DNA of 64,000 nt from an uncultured Actinomycetota bacterium. GTDB lineage: Bacteria; Actinomycetota; Actinomycetes; JAFAQI01. Shown here piece after piece: positions 50,898 through 60,547 of this stretch; within the stretch, counting starts at the first letter, position 1, and each line of letters begins with the position of its first letter. The notes beneath the pieces are model-generated. The model was not told the DNA's origin. It was given only the letters and a program-made list of their open reading frames with translations, and ran no database searches. Location: the NCBI GenBank assembly GCA_963770565.1, contig CAVYQE010000011.1, positions 1 through 64,000 on the forward strand, in the 5' to 3' direction. Position numbers and translations under genes: made by a program.

Positions 50898-52057
50898 GCG
50901 AGTACCGCGTAGCAGTCGTGGGGGTCGGCCAGACCAAGTACGCCTCGAAGCGCCAGGACGTCTCGATCGCGGGCCTGGTCCGCGAGGCGGCGAAGCGCGC
51001 GCTCGACGACGCGGGGATGGGCTGGTCGGACATCGACGCGGTCGTGATCGGCAAGGCGCCCGACATGTTCGAGGGCGTGATGATGCCTGAGCTCTACCTT
51101 GCCGATGCGCTCGGCGCGGTCGGCAAGCCGATGCTGCGGGTGCACACCGCGGGCAGCGTTGGCGGCTCGACCGGCGTGATGGCGACTCACCTGGTGTCGA
51201 GCGGGACCCACCGACGGGTGCTGGTGGTGTGCTTCGAGAAGCAGAGCGAGTCGAACGCGACCTGGGCGCTGTCGATCCGGCTGCCGTTCACCGGCGGCAT
51301 CGTGACCGGCGCCGGTGGCTACTTCGCGCCGGTCATCCGGGCCTACATCCGGCGCGCGAACGCACCCGACCACATCGGGATCAAGGTCGCGGTCAAGGAC
51401 CGGCAGAACGCGTTGAAGAACCCGTACGCGCACCTGCAGATCCCCGACATCAGCGAGGAAATGGTGCGCGAGTCGCCGATGCTGTGGGACCCGATCCGCT
51501 ATCTCGAGACCTGCCCGTCCTCCGACGGTGCGTGCGCGGTCGTGCTGGCCGACGCGGACACCGCCCTGGGCACCCCGAACCCGCCGGCCTGGATTCACGG
51601 CACCGCCGTACGCAGCGAGCCGACGATGGGCGCCGGGCGCGACGTCGTCAACCCGCACGCCGGTCGTGACTGTGCCGCCGATGTCTACGCGCAGGCCGGG
51701 ATCACCGACCCGCGGCGCGAGATCGACTGCGCGGAGATCTACGTGCCGTTCTCCTGGTACGAGCCGATGTGGATGGAGAACCTCGGCTTCGCCGATGTCG
51801 GTGCCGGCTGGAAGATGGTGGACGACGACAGCACGTCGCTGACCGGCGATCTGCCGGTCAACCCCTCCGGCGGGGTGCTGTCGTCCAACCCGATCGGCGC
51901 CTCAGGGATGTGCCGGTTCGCCGAGGCAGCGTTGCAGGTGCGCGGGATGGCCGGCGCACATCAGGTTGACGGCGCGCGCCGCGCACTGGGGCACGCCTAC
52001 GGTGGCGGGGCCCAGTTCTTCGCCATGTGGATCGTCGGAAGTGAGAGGCCAGCATGA
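50894..52057 (+). CDS. ltp3: Thiolase-like aldolase subunit Ltp3
   Basis: GKAPDMFEGVMMPELY, RVHTAGSVGG, EIYVPFSW, GHAYGGG. Confidence 0.85.
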   Translation: MSEYRVAVVGVGQTKYASKRQDVSIAGLVREAAKRALDDAGMGWSDIDAVVIGKAPDMFEGVMMPELYLADALGAVGKPMLRVHTAGSVGGSTGVMATHLVSSGTHRRVLVVCFEKQSESNATWALSIRLPFTGGIVTGAGGYFAPVIRAYIRRANAPDHIGIKVAVKDRQNALKNPYAHLQIPDISEEMVRESPMLWDPIRYLETCPSSDGACAVVLADADTALGTPNPPAWIHGTAVRSEPTMGAGRDVVNPHAGRDCAADVYAQAGITDPRREIDCAEIYVPFSWYEPMWMENLGFADVGAGWKMVDDDSTSLTGDLPVNPSGGVLSSNPIGASGMCRFAEAALQVRGMAGAHQVDGARRALGHAYGGGAQFFAMWIVGSERPA

Positions 52058-52821
52058 CCACGCTCGACGGCAAGGTTGCCCTGGTCACTGGCGGTGCCCG
52101 CGGGATGGGTGCGGCGCATGTCCGCCGGCTGCACGACGCCGGCGCGACCGTGGTCGCGGCCGACCTCCTCGACGACGAGGGCAAGGCCCTGGTCGACTCC
52201 CTCGGCACCAACTCGGCCGGCGCGCAGGCCAGGTACGCCCACCTCGACGTCACCTCCGAGGACGGCTGGCGGACGGTGGTCGAGGGGATCGAGCGCGGGT
52301 TCGGTCACCTCGACGTCTTGGTCAACAACGCGGGCATCCTGACCTTCAACGCGATCGCCGACATCCCGCTCGAGGAGTTCCGGCGGGTGATCGACGTCAA
52401 TCTGGTCGGCACGTTCCTCGGGATGAAGACGGTGATCCCGGCGATGAAGCGGGCCGGTGGCGGGTCGATTGTCAACATCTCCTCGACCGAAGGCCTGGGT
52501 GGCACGGTCTTCTGCGGCGCCTACACGGCGAGCAAGTTCGGTGTGCGCGGCATCACCAAGGTCGCGGCGATCGAGTACGGCGCCGACAAGATCCGGGTCA
52601 ACTCGGTGCATCCGGGCGGGATCGACACCCCGATGACCCGTGCGGTGATGGACGATGCCGCCCGCGCCTGGGTCGGCAAGAAGGTGTCCGGTCTCAAGCG
52701 GATGGGTGAGGCGGACGAGGTGGCCGGCGTGGTGCTGTTCCTCGCCGGCGACGACTCGTCGTACTGCACCGGTGCGGAGTTCGTGGTCGACGGCGGGGTC
52801 ACCGCTTCGGCCGGCTTCTAG
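52054..52821 (+). CDS. SDR oxidoreductase (hydroxysteroid dehydrogenase-like)
   Basis: TGGARGMG, NNAG, YTASK, NSVHPG. Confidence 0.9.
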   Translation: MTTLDGKVALVTGGARGMGAAHVRRLHDAGATVVAADLLDDEGKALVDSLGTNSAGAQARYAHLDVTSEDGWRTVVEGIERGFGHLDVLVNNAGILTFNAIADIPLEEFRRVIDVNLVGTFLGMKTVIPAMKRAGGGSIVNISSTEGLGGTVFCGAYTASKFGVRGITKVAAIEYGADKIRVNSVHPGGIDTPMTRAVMDDAARAWVGKKVSGLKRMGEADEVAGVVLFLAGDDSSYCTGAEFVVDGGVTASAGF

Positions 52822-52858
52822 GCAACGGCTTCTAGGCAACGGCGAGGGAGGGCCAGTC

Positions 52859-54034
52859 ATGCGGATCGCGTACACCGACGAGCAGATCTTGCTGCGCGAC
52901 GAGCTGCGGGCGTACTTCAAGGACATCGTCACGCCCGAGGTAGCGGAGGAGATGGCCCAGGGCGAGATGGGCGGCACGCGCTGCCTCGAAGCGGTCGCCC
53001 GGATGGGAGCGGACGGCTGGCTCGGGGTCGGCTGGCCGGTCGACCTCGGCGGCCGAGGCTTCGGGCCGATGGAGCAGTTCATCTTCTACGACGAGGCCCA
53101 GCGGGCCGGCGCACCGGTCCCGTTCCTGTCGATCAACACGGTCGGCCCCGCGTTGATGCAGTTCGGGTCGGAGGAGCTCAAGCGCGACATCCTGCCGCGG
53201 ATCCTGACCGGCCGGTGCTTCGTGTCGATCGGCTACTCCGAGCCTGGCGCGGGCACCGATCTCGCCTCCCTGACGACCCGCGCGGTCCGCGACGGCGACG
53301 AGTGGGTGATCAACGGCCAGAAGATCTACACCAGCCTGACCGACCACGCCGACTACATCTGGCTGGCCTGTCGGACCGATCCCGATGCCGCCAAGCACAA
53401 GGGAATCAGCATCGTCATGGTGCCGACCACCTCACCGGGCTTCTCGTTCACGCCGATCCACACCATCGGCGACGCGACGACGTACGCGACGTACTACCAA
53501 GACGTCCGGGTGCCGGTCGCCAACACGGTCGGCGAGATCAACGGCGGCTGGACCGTCATCACGACGCAGCTGAACTACGAGCGGATCTCGCTCGCGGTGC
53601 CGGCGCACCTCGAGCGCAACTACCTCGAGACCCGGCGGTGGGCTCAGCAGACCAAACTGCCCGACGGCCGCCGGGTGATCGACCAGGAGTGGGTGCAGAC
53701 GCACCTGGCGACCGTGCATGCCCGGCTGGAAGCGTTGCGGCTGCTCAACTGGAAGAACATCTGGCAGGACAGTGTCGGCAAGGTCAGCATCGCCGACTCC
53801 TCGGCGGTGAAGGTCTACGGCACCACCACCTACTGCGAGTGCTACGGCATGTTGCTCGAGGTGCTCGGCGCGGCCGGAGTGCTGAAGCGGAGCTCGCCCG
53901 GTGCCGTGCTGGCCGGCCGGCTCGAGCGCTCCTATCGCGGCACCTTGATCCTGACCTTCGGTGGAGGCACCAACGAGATCCAGCGAGATCTCATCGCCAT
54001 CTTCGGCCTCGGCATGCCGAGATCGTTGCGGTAG
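52859..54034 (+). CDS. fadE26: Acyl-CoA dehydrogenase FadE26/ChsE4
   Basis: MRIAYTDEQ, GYSEPGAGTDLASL, LILTFGGGTNEIQRD. Confidence 0.83.
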   Translation: MRIAYTDEQILLRDELRAYFKDIVTPEVAEEMAQGEMGGTRCLEAVARMGADGWLGVGWPVDLGGRGFGPMEQFIFYDEAQRAGAPVPFLSINTVGPALMQFGSEELKRDILPRILTGRCFVSIGYSEPGAGTDLASLTTRAVRDGDEWVINGQKIYTSLTDHADYIWLACRTDPDAAKHKGISIVMVPTTSPGFSFTPIHTIGDATTYATYYQDVRVPVANTVGEINGGWTVITTQLNYERISLAVPAHLERNYLETRRWAQQTKLPDGRRVIDQEWVQTHLATVHARLEALRLLNWKNIWQDSVGKVSIADSSAVKVYGTTTYCECYGMLLEVLGAAGVLKRSSPGAVLAGRLERSYRGTLILTFGGGTNEIQRDLIAIFGLGMPRSLR

Positions 54035-54043
54035 GGGGACCCG

Positions 54044-55147
54044 ATGGACTTCGCACTCACCGACGACCAGCTGGCCTTGCAGCAGCTGGCCCGGGAGATC
54101 CTGACCGAACAGGTCACCAATGCCCACCTGCAGGCCCTGGAGGCGGCGAGTACAGAGTCGGTCTTCGACCGGGCGTTGTGGAAGCAGCTTGCCGCGGCCG
54201 GGCTCACGGGCATCGCGGTGCCCGAGCAGTACGGCGGCGCCGGCCTCGGCTTCCTCGAGCTCGCGATCGTCTTCGAAGCGGTCGGCCGCTCGGTCGCCCC
54301 GGTGCCGGCGGTTGCGACCCTTGCGACCGCTTACGTCCTGCATCGCGATGCTGCTGACTCGCTTGCCGAGGCGCTCGCGGGGGTGCTGCCGGGGGTGGCG
54401 GCCGGCGACGTCGTCCTCACGACCGCATTCGGCGATCCCGGCGACACGGTCGCCAAGCGCGACGGGGACGGGTGGATTTTGAGCGGCACCAAGGGGTTCG
54501 TGCCGTACGGCGCTGAGGCCGACGTCATCGTCGTACCGGCGCACAGCGATGACGGGGTGGTCGTCGCGTTGGTCGGCAAGGGCGCCGCGGGGCTGACCGT
54601 CACCGAGCTGCACACGACGAACCGTGAGCCGCAGGCGATGCTTGAGCTCACTGACATCCGGGTCGATCCGGCCGATGCTGTGCGTGACGCGGGCGACCTC
54701 GTCGCCGATCTCGTCCGCCACCACACCTCTGCACTGGCGATGGTCGTCGCCGGGGTCTGCGAGGCCGCGCTGGCGATGACCGCGAAGCACACCTCGACGC
54801 GCGAGCAGTTCGGCAAACCGATCGCGTCGTTCCAAGCTGTCGGCCAGCGCGCCGCCGACGCCTACATCGACACCGAGCTGATCCGGCTCACCGCGCTGCA
54901 AGCGGCCTGGCGGCTCTCGGCGGGGTGGGACGCCGACGAGGAGATCGCGGTCGCGAAGTTCTGGGCCGGCGACGGCGGGATGCGCGCGATGCATGCCTGC
55001 CTGCACTTGCACGGCGGGCTCGGTGTCGACGTCGAGTATCCGTTGCATCGCTATTTCTTGTGGTGCAAGCAGATCGAGCACGAGCTCGGCACGCCGACCA
55101 GGCAGCTGATCGAGCTCGGCGCGCACCTCGCTGCGACGCCGGTGTAA
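54044..55147 (+). CDS. fadE27: Acyl-CoA dehydrogenase FadE27/ChsE5
   Basis: REQFGKPIASFQAV, HLHGGLGVD..YPLHRYF; heterotetramer partner position. Confidence 0.8.
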   Translation: MDFALTDDQLALQQLAREILTEQVTNAHLQALEAASTESVFDRALWKQLAAAGLTGIAVPEQYGGAGLGFLELAIVFEAVGRSVAPVPAVATLATAYVLHRDAADSLAEALAGVLPGVAAGDVVLTTAFGDPGDTVAKRDGDGWILSGTKGFVPYGAEADVIVVPAHSDDGVVVALVGKGAAGLTVTELHTTNREPQAMLELTDIRVDPADAVRDAGDLVADLVRHHTSALAMVVAGVCEAALAMTAKHTSTREQFGKPIASFQAVGQRAADAYIDTELIRLTALQAAWRLSAGWDADEEIAVAKFWAGDGGMRAMHACLHLHGGLGVDVEYPLHRYFLWCKQIEHELGTPTRQLIELGAHLAATPV

Positions 55148-55157
55148 CGGGGCCGAC

Positions 55158-56759
55158 GTGGACTACAACCTCGCGGACATCTTCGAGTCGCTCGTCGACG
55201 TGGTCGGCGATCGAGAGGCGTTGGTGTGCGGCGATCGCCGGCTGACCTACGCCGAGCTCGACGCCCGGGCCAATCGGCTCGCCCACTACCTGCTGAGCAT
55301 CGGGATCGTGCCGGGCGACCACGTCGGCGTCCAGCTCTACAACTGCACGGAGTACGTCGAGACGATGATCGCCTGCTTCAAGGTGCGGGCGGTGCCGGTC
55401 AACGTCAACTACCGGTACGTCGAGGACGAGCTGCTCTATCTCTACAACGACGCCGACCTGGTCGCGCTCGTGCACGACACCGAGTTCACGCCCCGGGTTG
55501 CCGCGGTTCGTGCGCAGGCGCCGACGCTCCGGGCGCTGATCGCGGTCGGCGACGGCGAGGTGCCCGACGGCGCGGTCCGCTTCGACGACGCGGTGTTCGG
55601 TCAGCCGGGCACTCGCGGCTTCGGCCCGCGTTCGGCGGACGACCTCTACATCATCTACACCGGCGGCACCACCGGCATGCCGAAGGGCGTGATGTGGCGG
55701 CAGGAGGACCTGTTCTTTGCCGGGATGGGTGGTGCGGACCCGGTCGGCACCCCGGTGACCTATCCCGAGGAGGTGGCCGAGCGGGCGGTCAACCGTGGCG
55801 AGCTCACGATGTTCCCGGTCGCGCCGCTGATGCACGGGGCGGCCCAGCTCGGGACCTGGATCGGATTCCTCCAGGCCGCCCGGGTGGTGCTGGTCCGCAA
55901 GTTCGACCCGGTCGACGTCCTCGAGACCGCGTCGCGCGAGCGGGCAAACTCGCTGTCGATCGTCGGCGACGCGATGGCCCGGCCGATCGCCGAGACGTTG
56001 GCCGGTCCGTTACAGGGCCTCGACTTGTCGTCGGTGTTCGCGATCAGCTCGGCCGGCGCGATCCTGTCCAAGAGCGTCCGCGACACCCTCCAGGGGCTGC
56101 TGCCCAACGTGATGCTGCTCGACAACTACGGGGCGTCCGAGACCGGGTTCCAGGGCACCGGAACGGCCGGCTCGAGTCCCGATGCCGGGCTGAAGTTCAC
56201 CGTCAATGCCCGGTCGAGCGTGCTCGGCGACGACCTCCGGCCGATCAAGCCGGGTTCCGGAGCGATCGGCCGGGTCGCGCAGCGCGGGCACGTGCCGCTC
56301 GGCTACTACAAGGACGAGGTCAAGACCAAACAGAGCTTCGTGACGATCGACGGCGAGCGCTGGGTCCTGCTCGGTGACGCGGCGACGATCGAGGCCGACG
56401 GCACGATCGCGGTGCTGGGCCGGCACTCGGTCTGCATCAACACCGGCGGCGAGAAGGTCTATCCGGAGGAGGTCGAGGCCGCGCTCAAGGCGCACCCCGC
56501 GGTGTACGACGCGATCGTGACCGGGGTGCCGGACGACCGCTACGGGCAGCGGGTGGCCGCGCTCGTCCAGGTGCGGCCGGGCATGGCCGTGCCAAGCAAG
56601 GACGAGCTCGCGGAGCACTGCCGGACCCGAGTGGCCGGATACAAGGTGCCGCGGGTGCTCGTCGTCGTACCGGAGATCCGGCGCTCGCCGAGCGGTAAGG
56701 CGGACTATCCGTGGGCCGCCGCGGTCGCGAGCGAGTCGACCACGTTGGGGATCGCATGA
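55158..56759 (+). CDS. fadD19: Steroid acyl-CoA synthetase FadD19
   Basis: YNLADIFE, YTGGTTGMPKGVMWRQED, RSPSGKADY. Confidence 0.82.
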   Translation: MDYNLADIFESLVDVVGDREALVCGDRRLTYAELDARANRLAHYLLSIGIVPGDHVGVQLYNCTEYVETMIACFKVRAVPVNVNYRYVEDELLYLYNDADLVALVHDTEFTPRVAAVRAQAPTLRALIAVGDGEVPDGAVRFDDAVFGQPGTRGFGPRSADDLYIIYTGGTTGMPKGVMWRQEDLFFAGMGGADPVGTPVTYPEEVAERAVNRGELTMFPVAPLMHGAAQLGTWIGFLQAARVVLVRKFDPVDVLETASRERANSLSIVGDAMARPIAETLAGPLQGLDLSSVFAISSAGAILSKSVRDTLQGLLPNVMLLDNYGASETGFQGTGTAGSSPDAGLKFTVNARSSVLGDDLRPIKPGSGAIGRVAQRGHVPLGYYKDEVKTKQSFVTIDGERWVLLGDAATIEADGTIAVLGRHSVCINTGGEKVYPEEVEAALKAHPAVYDAIVTGVPDDRYGQRVAALVQVRPGMAVPSKDELAEHCRTRVAGYKVPRVLVVVPEIRRSPSGKADYPWAAAVASESTTLGIA

Positions 56760-57367
56760 CCGTCACCTCGGACCCGACCAGCCAGCGGCTTCCCCCCGCG
56801 TCACAGCGGGCTCGCCGCGAACGCATCCTCGACGCCGCGGTGGAGCTGGCGACCGAAGGCGGGTACGACGCGGTGCAGATGCGCGAGGTGGCCGAGCGCG
56901 CTGATGTGGCGCTTGGCACGCTCTACCGCTACTTCCCGTCAAAGGTGCACCTGCTGGTCTCGGCGATGGGCCGGACCTTCCAAGCGCTGCAGGACAGCGT
57001 TGCGGTCAGCGACGATGCCGGCAGTACGCCGGAGGAGCGGGTGTATCGGGTGGTTGCGGTCGTCACCCGCTACCTCGCCCGGCACCGACGGTTGTCGGGC
57101 GCGATGATCCGGGCGTTGATGATCGCCGACGCCGATGCGGGCCGCGAGGTCGATGCCGTGAGCGACCTGATGGTCGGGTTCATCACCTCGGCCAGCCATG
57201 ACCCGGGCTCGACCCCGACCGATCGCGACGCGCTGATCGCGCACATCATCGGCAAGGTCTGGCTCACCGACGTGCTGACGCTGCTCTCCCGCCGGATGAC
57301 GGTGTCGGCGGTGCTCGACGACCTCGAGGCCACCATCGCGCTCGTGATGTCGCGCGCGGCGGAGTAG
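56756..57367 (+). CDS. kstR: TetR-family sterol regulator KstR
   Basis: QRARRERILDA...GGYDAVQMREVAERADVALGTLYRYFPSKVHLLVS; cognate boxes in the cluster. Confidence 0.85.
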   Translation: MTVTSDPTSQRLPPASQRARRERILDAAVELATEGGYDAVQMREVAERADVALGTLYRYFPSKVHLLVSAMGRTFQALQDSVAVSDDAGSTPEERVYRVVAVVTRYLARHRRLSGAMIRALMIADADAGREVDAVSDLMVGFITSASHDPGSTPTDRDALIAHIIGKVWLTDVLTLLSRRMTVSAVLDDLEATIALVMSRAAE

Positions 57368-57368
57368 T

Positions 57369-58121
57369 TCAGTCGGTCCGCGGTCCGGGGATCCCGCGGA
57401 AGCGGAACACTTCGCCCGGCCGGCCCGGCTGGATGTACCAGCACTCGCCGGACCGCCCGCTGGTCGCGGCGGAGATGACCGCGTCGACGACCATCTCGAC
57501 CGGGATCAGCGGGATCCCGCTCTCGGTCAGGATCTCGCGCAGCGGGTCGACGATCGCGGTGTTGGAGAAGCCGGGACAGATCGCGTTGACCCGGATGCCG
57601 AACTGCGGCCACTCGTCGCCGATCGCCCGGACCAGCCCGACCACGCCGTGCTTGTTGGCGCCGTAGATCGGGTCGAAGCCGGTGCCGGTCAGCCCGGCGA
57701 GGCTCGCGGTGGCCACGATGTCGCCGCCGCCCGCGGCCTTCATCGCCCCGAAGACCGAGTGCGCCCCGAAGACGACACCGTCGAGGTTCACGCCCATCGC
57801 CCGGCGGTAGACCGCGAGGTCGAAGTCATCGCCGACCCCGCAGCCGGTCGCGATGCCGGCGTTGAGGAAGGCGATGTCGACCCGGCCGAAGTGCTCGAGC
57901 ACGGTCGCGACCGCGGCCTGGCACTGCTCGAGGCTCGAGACGTCGCAGGGCGCGGCGAGGCCGCCGATCTCTTCCGCGACCGACGCGGCCGACTCGCGGT
58001 TGATGTCGGACACGACGACCGTGGCACCGAGCGAGGCGAACCGCCGCGCCGCACCGGCGCCGAAGCCCTGCCCGCCGCCTGTCACCCAGGCAACCTTGCC
58101 GGTGAGGTCCGGGGACATCAT
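57369..58121 (-). CDS. SDR oxidoreductase
   Basis: TGGGQGFG, LNAG, YGANK, AICPG. Confidence 0.88.
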   Translation of the reverse strand: MMSPDLTGKVAWVTGGGQGFGAGAARRFASLGATVVVSDINRESAASVAEEIGGLAAPCDVSSLEQCQAAVATVLEHFGRVDIAFLNAGIATGCGVGDDFDLAVYRRAMGVNLDGVVFGAHSVFGAMKAAGGGDIVATASLAGLTGTGFDPIYGANKHGVVGLVRAIGDEWPQFGIRVNAICPGFSNTAIVDPLREILTESGIPLIPVEMVVDAVISAATSGRSGECWYIQPGRPGEVFRFRGIPGPRTD

Positions 58122-58990
58122 GCCGGGGCGCCGAAGAGTGAGCCGCTGATCGCTCTCGACCACGGCCGGGCCAGCTCGCGCAGCCGCTCGGTGCGATCGG
58201 CACCGAGATGCAGGTACGGCCGGGCGTCGGCCGCGTCGGTCCGGGCTTCGACCGTGGCGCGTAGCGCGATGCATTCGTCAGTTGGCGCACCGGCGGCGTC
58301 GAGCAGTCCGCGGTCGCGTAGCCGGTCGGCGGCCTGGGTCCACGCCTCGTCCGGCCACCCCCGGGTCGCGCGCAGCATCGCCTCGAACCCGTTCTGCCCG
58401 AGCGGGTCGTAGCTGACCATCGCCTCGACCGCGTCGAGGCCGGCGACGACGAGTGCGGCGATGTGGCTGTCCCCGCGGTGCTCGCGGAGCAGCGTCTGCG
58501 CGTGGAACAGCTGCAGGTGGGCCGGCTCCGGCCAGTCGAGAGCGGCATGTGCGGCGTACAGCGGGCGGCCTTCGGTGGCCAGCACGGTGGTTGCCTCCCG
58601 GGCCAACGCGGCCGCCTCGGCCATCTCGTCGGAGGCCAGCACCTGCTCGCCCAGCACTCGGCGGTAGGCCTGGTCGGTGCCGGCGTACCGGGCCGCGATC
58701 ACCGCCTCCGGCGTCGTCACCTCCCAGACCGACGGGATCGCCTTGCGGATCGAAGTCGGCGCGAAGTTGTAGAAGGTCGCGATCACGACTTCCGCGGGCA
58801 CCCGGCCGAGCGGTGCGCTCCGGGAGGCGAAGTAGCCCCTCATCCCGCCCTTGATGCCGAGGTCGACGTAGTGCTGCGCGGGCTCGGCGGCGAAGTAGCA
58901 CAGGATGTGCAGCGGCTCGAGGGTCCGGTGCGCCTTGTGCGCCAGGGCGGAGCCGTCCACAAGGACCTCGTCGGGGCCGGGTGCAGTCAT
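58118..58990 (-). CDS. SCO6745/SalK-like conserved actinobacterial protein
   Basis: EPLH..YFA, YFASRSAPLG, FYNF, LREHRGDSH, RGWPDEAW. Confidence 0.78.
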   Translation of the reverse strand: MTAPGPDEVLVDGSALAHKAHRTLEPLHILCYFAAEPAQHYVDLGIKGGMRGYFASRSAPLGRVPAEVVIATFYNFAPTSIRKAIPSVWEVTTPEAVIAARYAGTDQAYRRVLGEQVLASDEMAEAAALAREATTVLATEGRPLYAAHAALDWPEPAHLQLFHAQTLLREHRGDSHIAALVVAGLDAVEAMVSYDPLGQNGFEAMLRATRGWPDEAWTQAADRLRDRGLLDAAGAPTDECIALRATVEARTDAADARPYLHLGADRTERLRELARPWSRAISGSLFGAPA

Positions 58991-59078
58991 GGCCGAACCT
59001 TATTCGGTGGCCGACGTGAGGCGCCGTTGCGGGTCTCGGGAGCCGCTCGGATCGGGTCGGGCGACGGCAATTTCTGAA

Positions 59079-59097
59079 ATCTGACGCCGCATCAGAA
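59079..59097. promoter_or_regulatory. CTGAC-N5-GTCAG-type operator, copy 6 (imperfect)
   Basis: ATCTGACGCCGCATCAGAA in the divergent SCO6745-like/rpf gap. Confidence 0.5.
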
Positions 59098-59213
59098 ACA
59101 GTTGTCACACCCGTAACAGGTTTTCCGCAAACGATTGCAGGGACCCCTGGTCAAGATCCACTTCGGGCGCTAATGTGCGCCGCAGGCCGCCATTTCGGGC
59201 GGCTCAGCAGCGT

Positions 59214-59380
59214 GGACGCCAAATCCCGCCACCACGGTGCCTGGACTGACCGAACGTGGGCGGGAGCGGAGGACCCACCGTCCTCGGGCATCAGATCCCC
59301 CTGATGCCCTTGGGGTGAAGCCGCGCAAGCGGCCGGGCGATTCTCGCGTCCGAACCCGACAGCTAACTTCGCCGGCGTCC
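59214..59380 (+). ncRNA. c-di-AMP (ydaO/yuaA) riboswitch
   Basis: GGACGCCAAATCC...GGAGGACCCA...TGGGGTGAAGCC...CCGAACCCGACAGCTAAC...GGCGTCC with paired ends, upstream of an rpf gene. Confidence 0.88.
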
Positions 59381-59395
59381 GAGGAAGAACACCCG

Positions 59396-59734
59396 GTGCG
59401 GTTGTGCAGTCCCCGGCTAGGCGGCGCTGTCGTTGCGCTTGGCCTGTTCGTGTCGGCGGTCGCGACCGCGGCCCCGGTCGGCGCGTCCGAGCCGCTCAAG
59501 GTCGAGCTCCACAAGCTGCGGATCTGCGAGTCCGGCGACAACTACCGGGCCGACACCGGGAACGGTTACTACGGCGCGTACCAATTCGCGCTGGCCACCT
59601 GGCACGGCCTCGGCATGCACGGTCGCCCCGATCACGCCCGGCCGATCGTCCAGAACCGCGCGGCCCGGATGTTGCACGCGCGCGACGGTTGGAAGGCCTG
59701 GCCGGGCTGCGCCCGGACCGAACACCTTCGCTAG
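59396..59734 (+). CDS. Resuscitation-promoting factor (Rpf-type transglycosylase), minimal form
   Basis: Signal peptide; CESGDNY..DTGNGYYGAYQF...TW...Q...W..WPGC. Confidence 0.9.
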   Translation: MRLCSPRLGGAVVALGLFVSAVATAAPVGASEPLKVELHKLRICESGDNYRADTGNGYYGAYQFALATWHGLGMHGRPDHARPIVQNRAARMLHARDGWKAWPGCARTEHLR

Positions 59735-59755
59735 CAGCTCACTGCAGGACTCAGC

Positions 59756-60547
59756 TCACTGCACGTCGCGGTGCCGCAGGAGGTACCAGCCGGTTCCGAT
59801 CGCCACCGCCACCCAGATCGCGAACACCCCGAGCCCGGTCCACGGACCGAGGGAGTTCGTCGGGTCGCGGACGACGCTCGTGATCGCGCCGCCCGCGTTC
59901 GCGGGAAAGTAGCGGGCCAGGTCGTGCTGCCAGTTCTTCGGCAGCGCGTTGCTCACCGCGGGCAGGATGAATACCAGCCCGACCAGCGTCGTGATCGCAC
60001 CGGCGGTGTGCCGGATGATGATCGCCAGGCCCATCGCGAACAACATCAGCCCGGCCATGTAGAGCCCGACCCCGATCACGGCCCGCAGCACACCCGGATC
60101 GCTCAGCGTCACGTTGAGGTGCCGGCCGCTGAAGATGGCCTGGCCGATGAAGAACGCCCCGAACCCGGTGGCCAACGCGACCACCATCCCGGTCAGCCCG
60201 ACGATCACCGACTTGGCAGCCAGGACGTATCCGCGCTGCGGCACCGCGCACAACGTCGTACGGATCGTGCCGGAGCTGTACTCCGAGCTGATCGCCATGA
60301 TCGCCAGCACGCCGAGTGCGAGCTGCGAGAAGAACAGCCCGGCCGTACTCAGCGAGGTCGGATCGAAGGTCAGCCGGTCCTGTGCCGAGAACTTGGGATA
60401 GGCGTGCTCGTTGGCGGCCGCGATCGCCGCGCTGAGCCCGATCCCGAGCACGACGGCGATCAGGATCGACCAGTACGTCGAGCGCACTGTTCGCAGTTTG
60501 GTCCACTCCGAGGTGAGGACGTCGCGGAAGAGTCCGAGATCGATCAT
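59756..60547 (-). CDS. ABC-2 type permease
   Basis: SEWTKLRTVRST, EYSSGTIRTT...VP.R; about six TMs. Confidence 0.87.
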   Translation of the reverse strand: MIDLGLFRDVLTSEWTKLRTVRSTYWSILIAVVLGIGLSAAIAAANEHAYPKFSAQDRLTFDPTSLSTAGLFFSQLALGVLAIMAISSEYSSGTIRTTLCAVPQRGYVLAAKSVIVGLTGMVVALATGFGAFFIGQAIFSGRHLNVTLSDPGVLRAVIGVGLYMAGLMLFAMGLAIIIRHTAGAITTLVGLVFILPAVSNALPKNWQHDLARYFPANAGGAITSVVRDPTNSLGPWTGLGVFAIWVAVAIGTGWYLLRHRDVQ

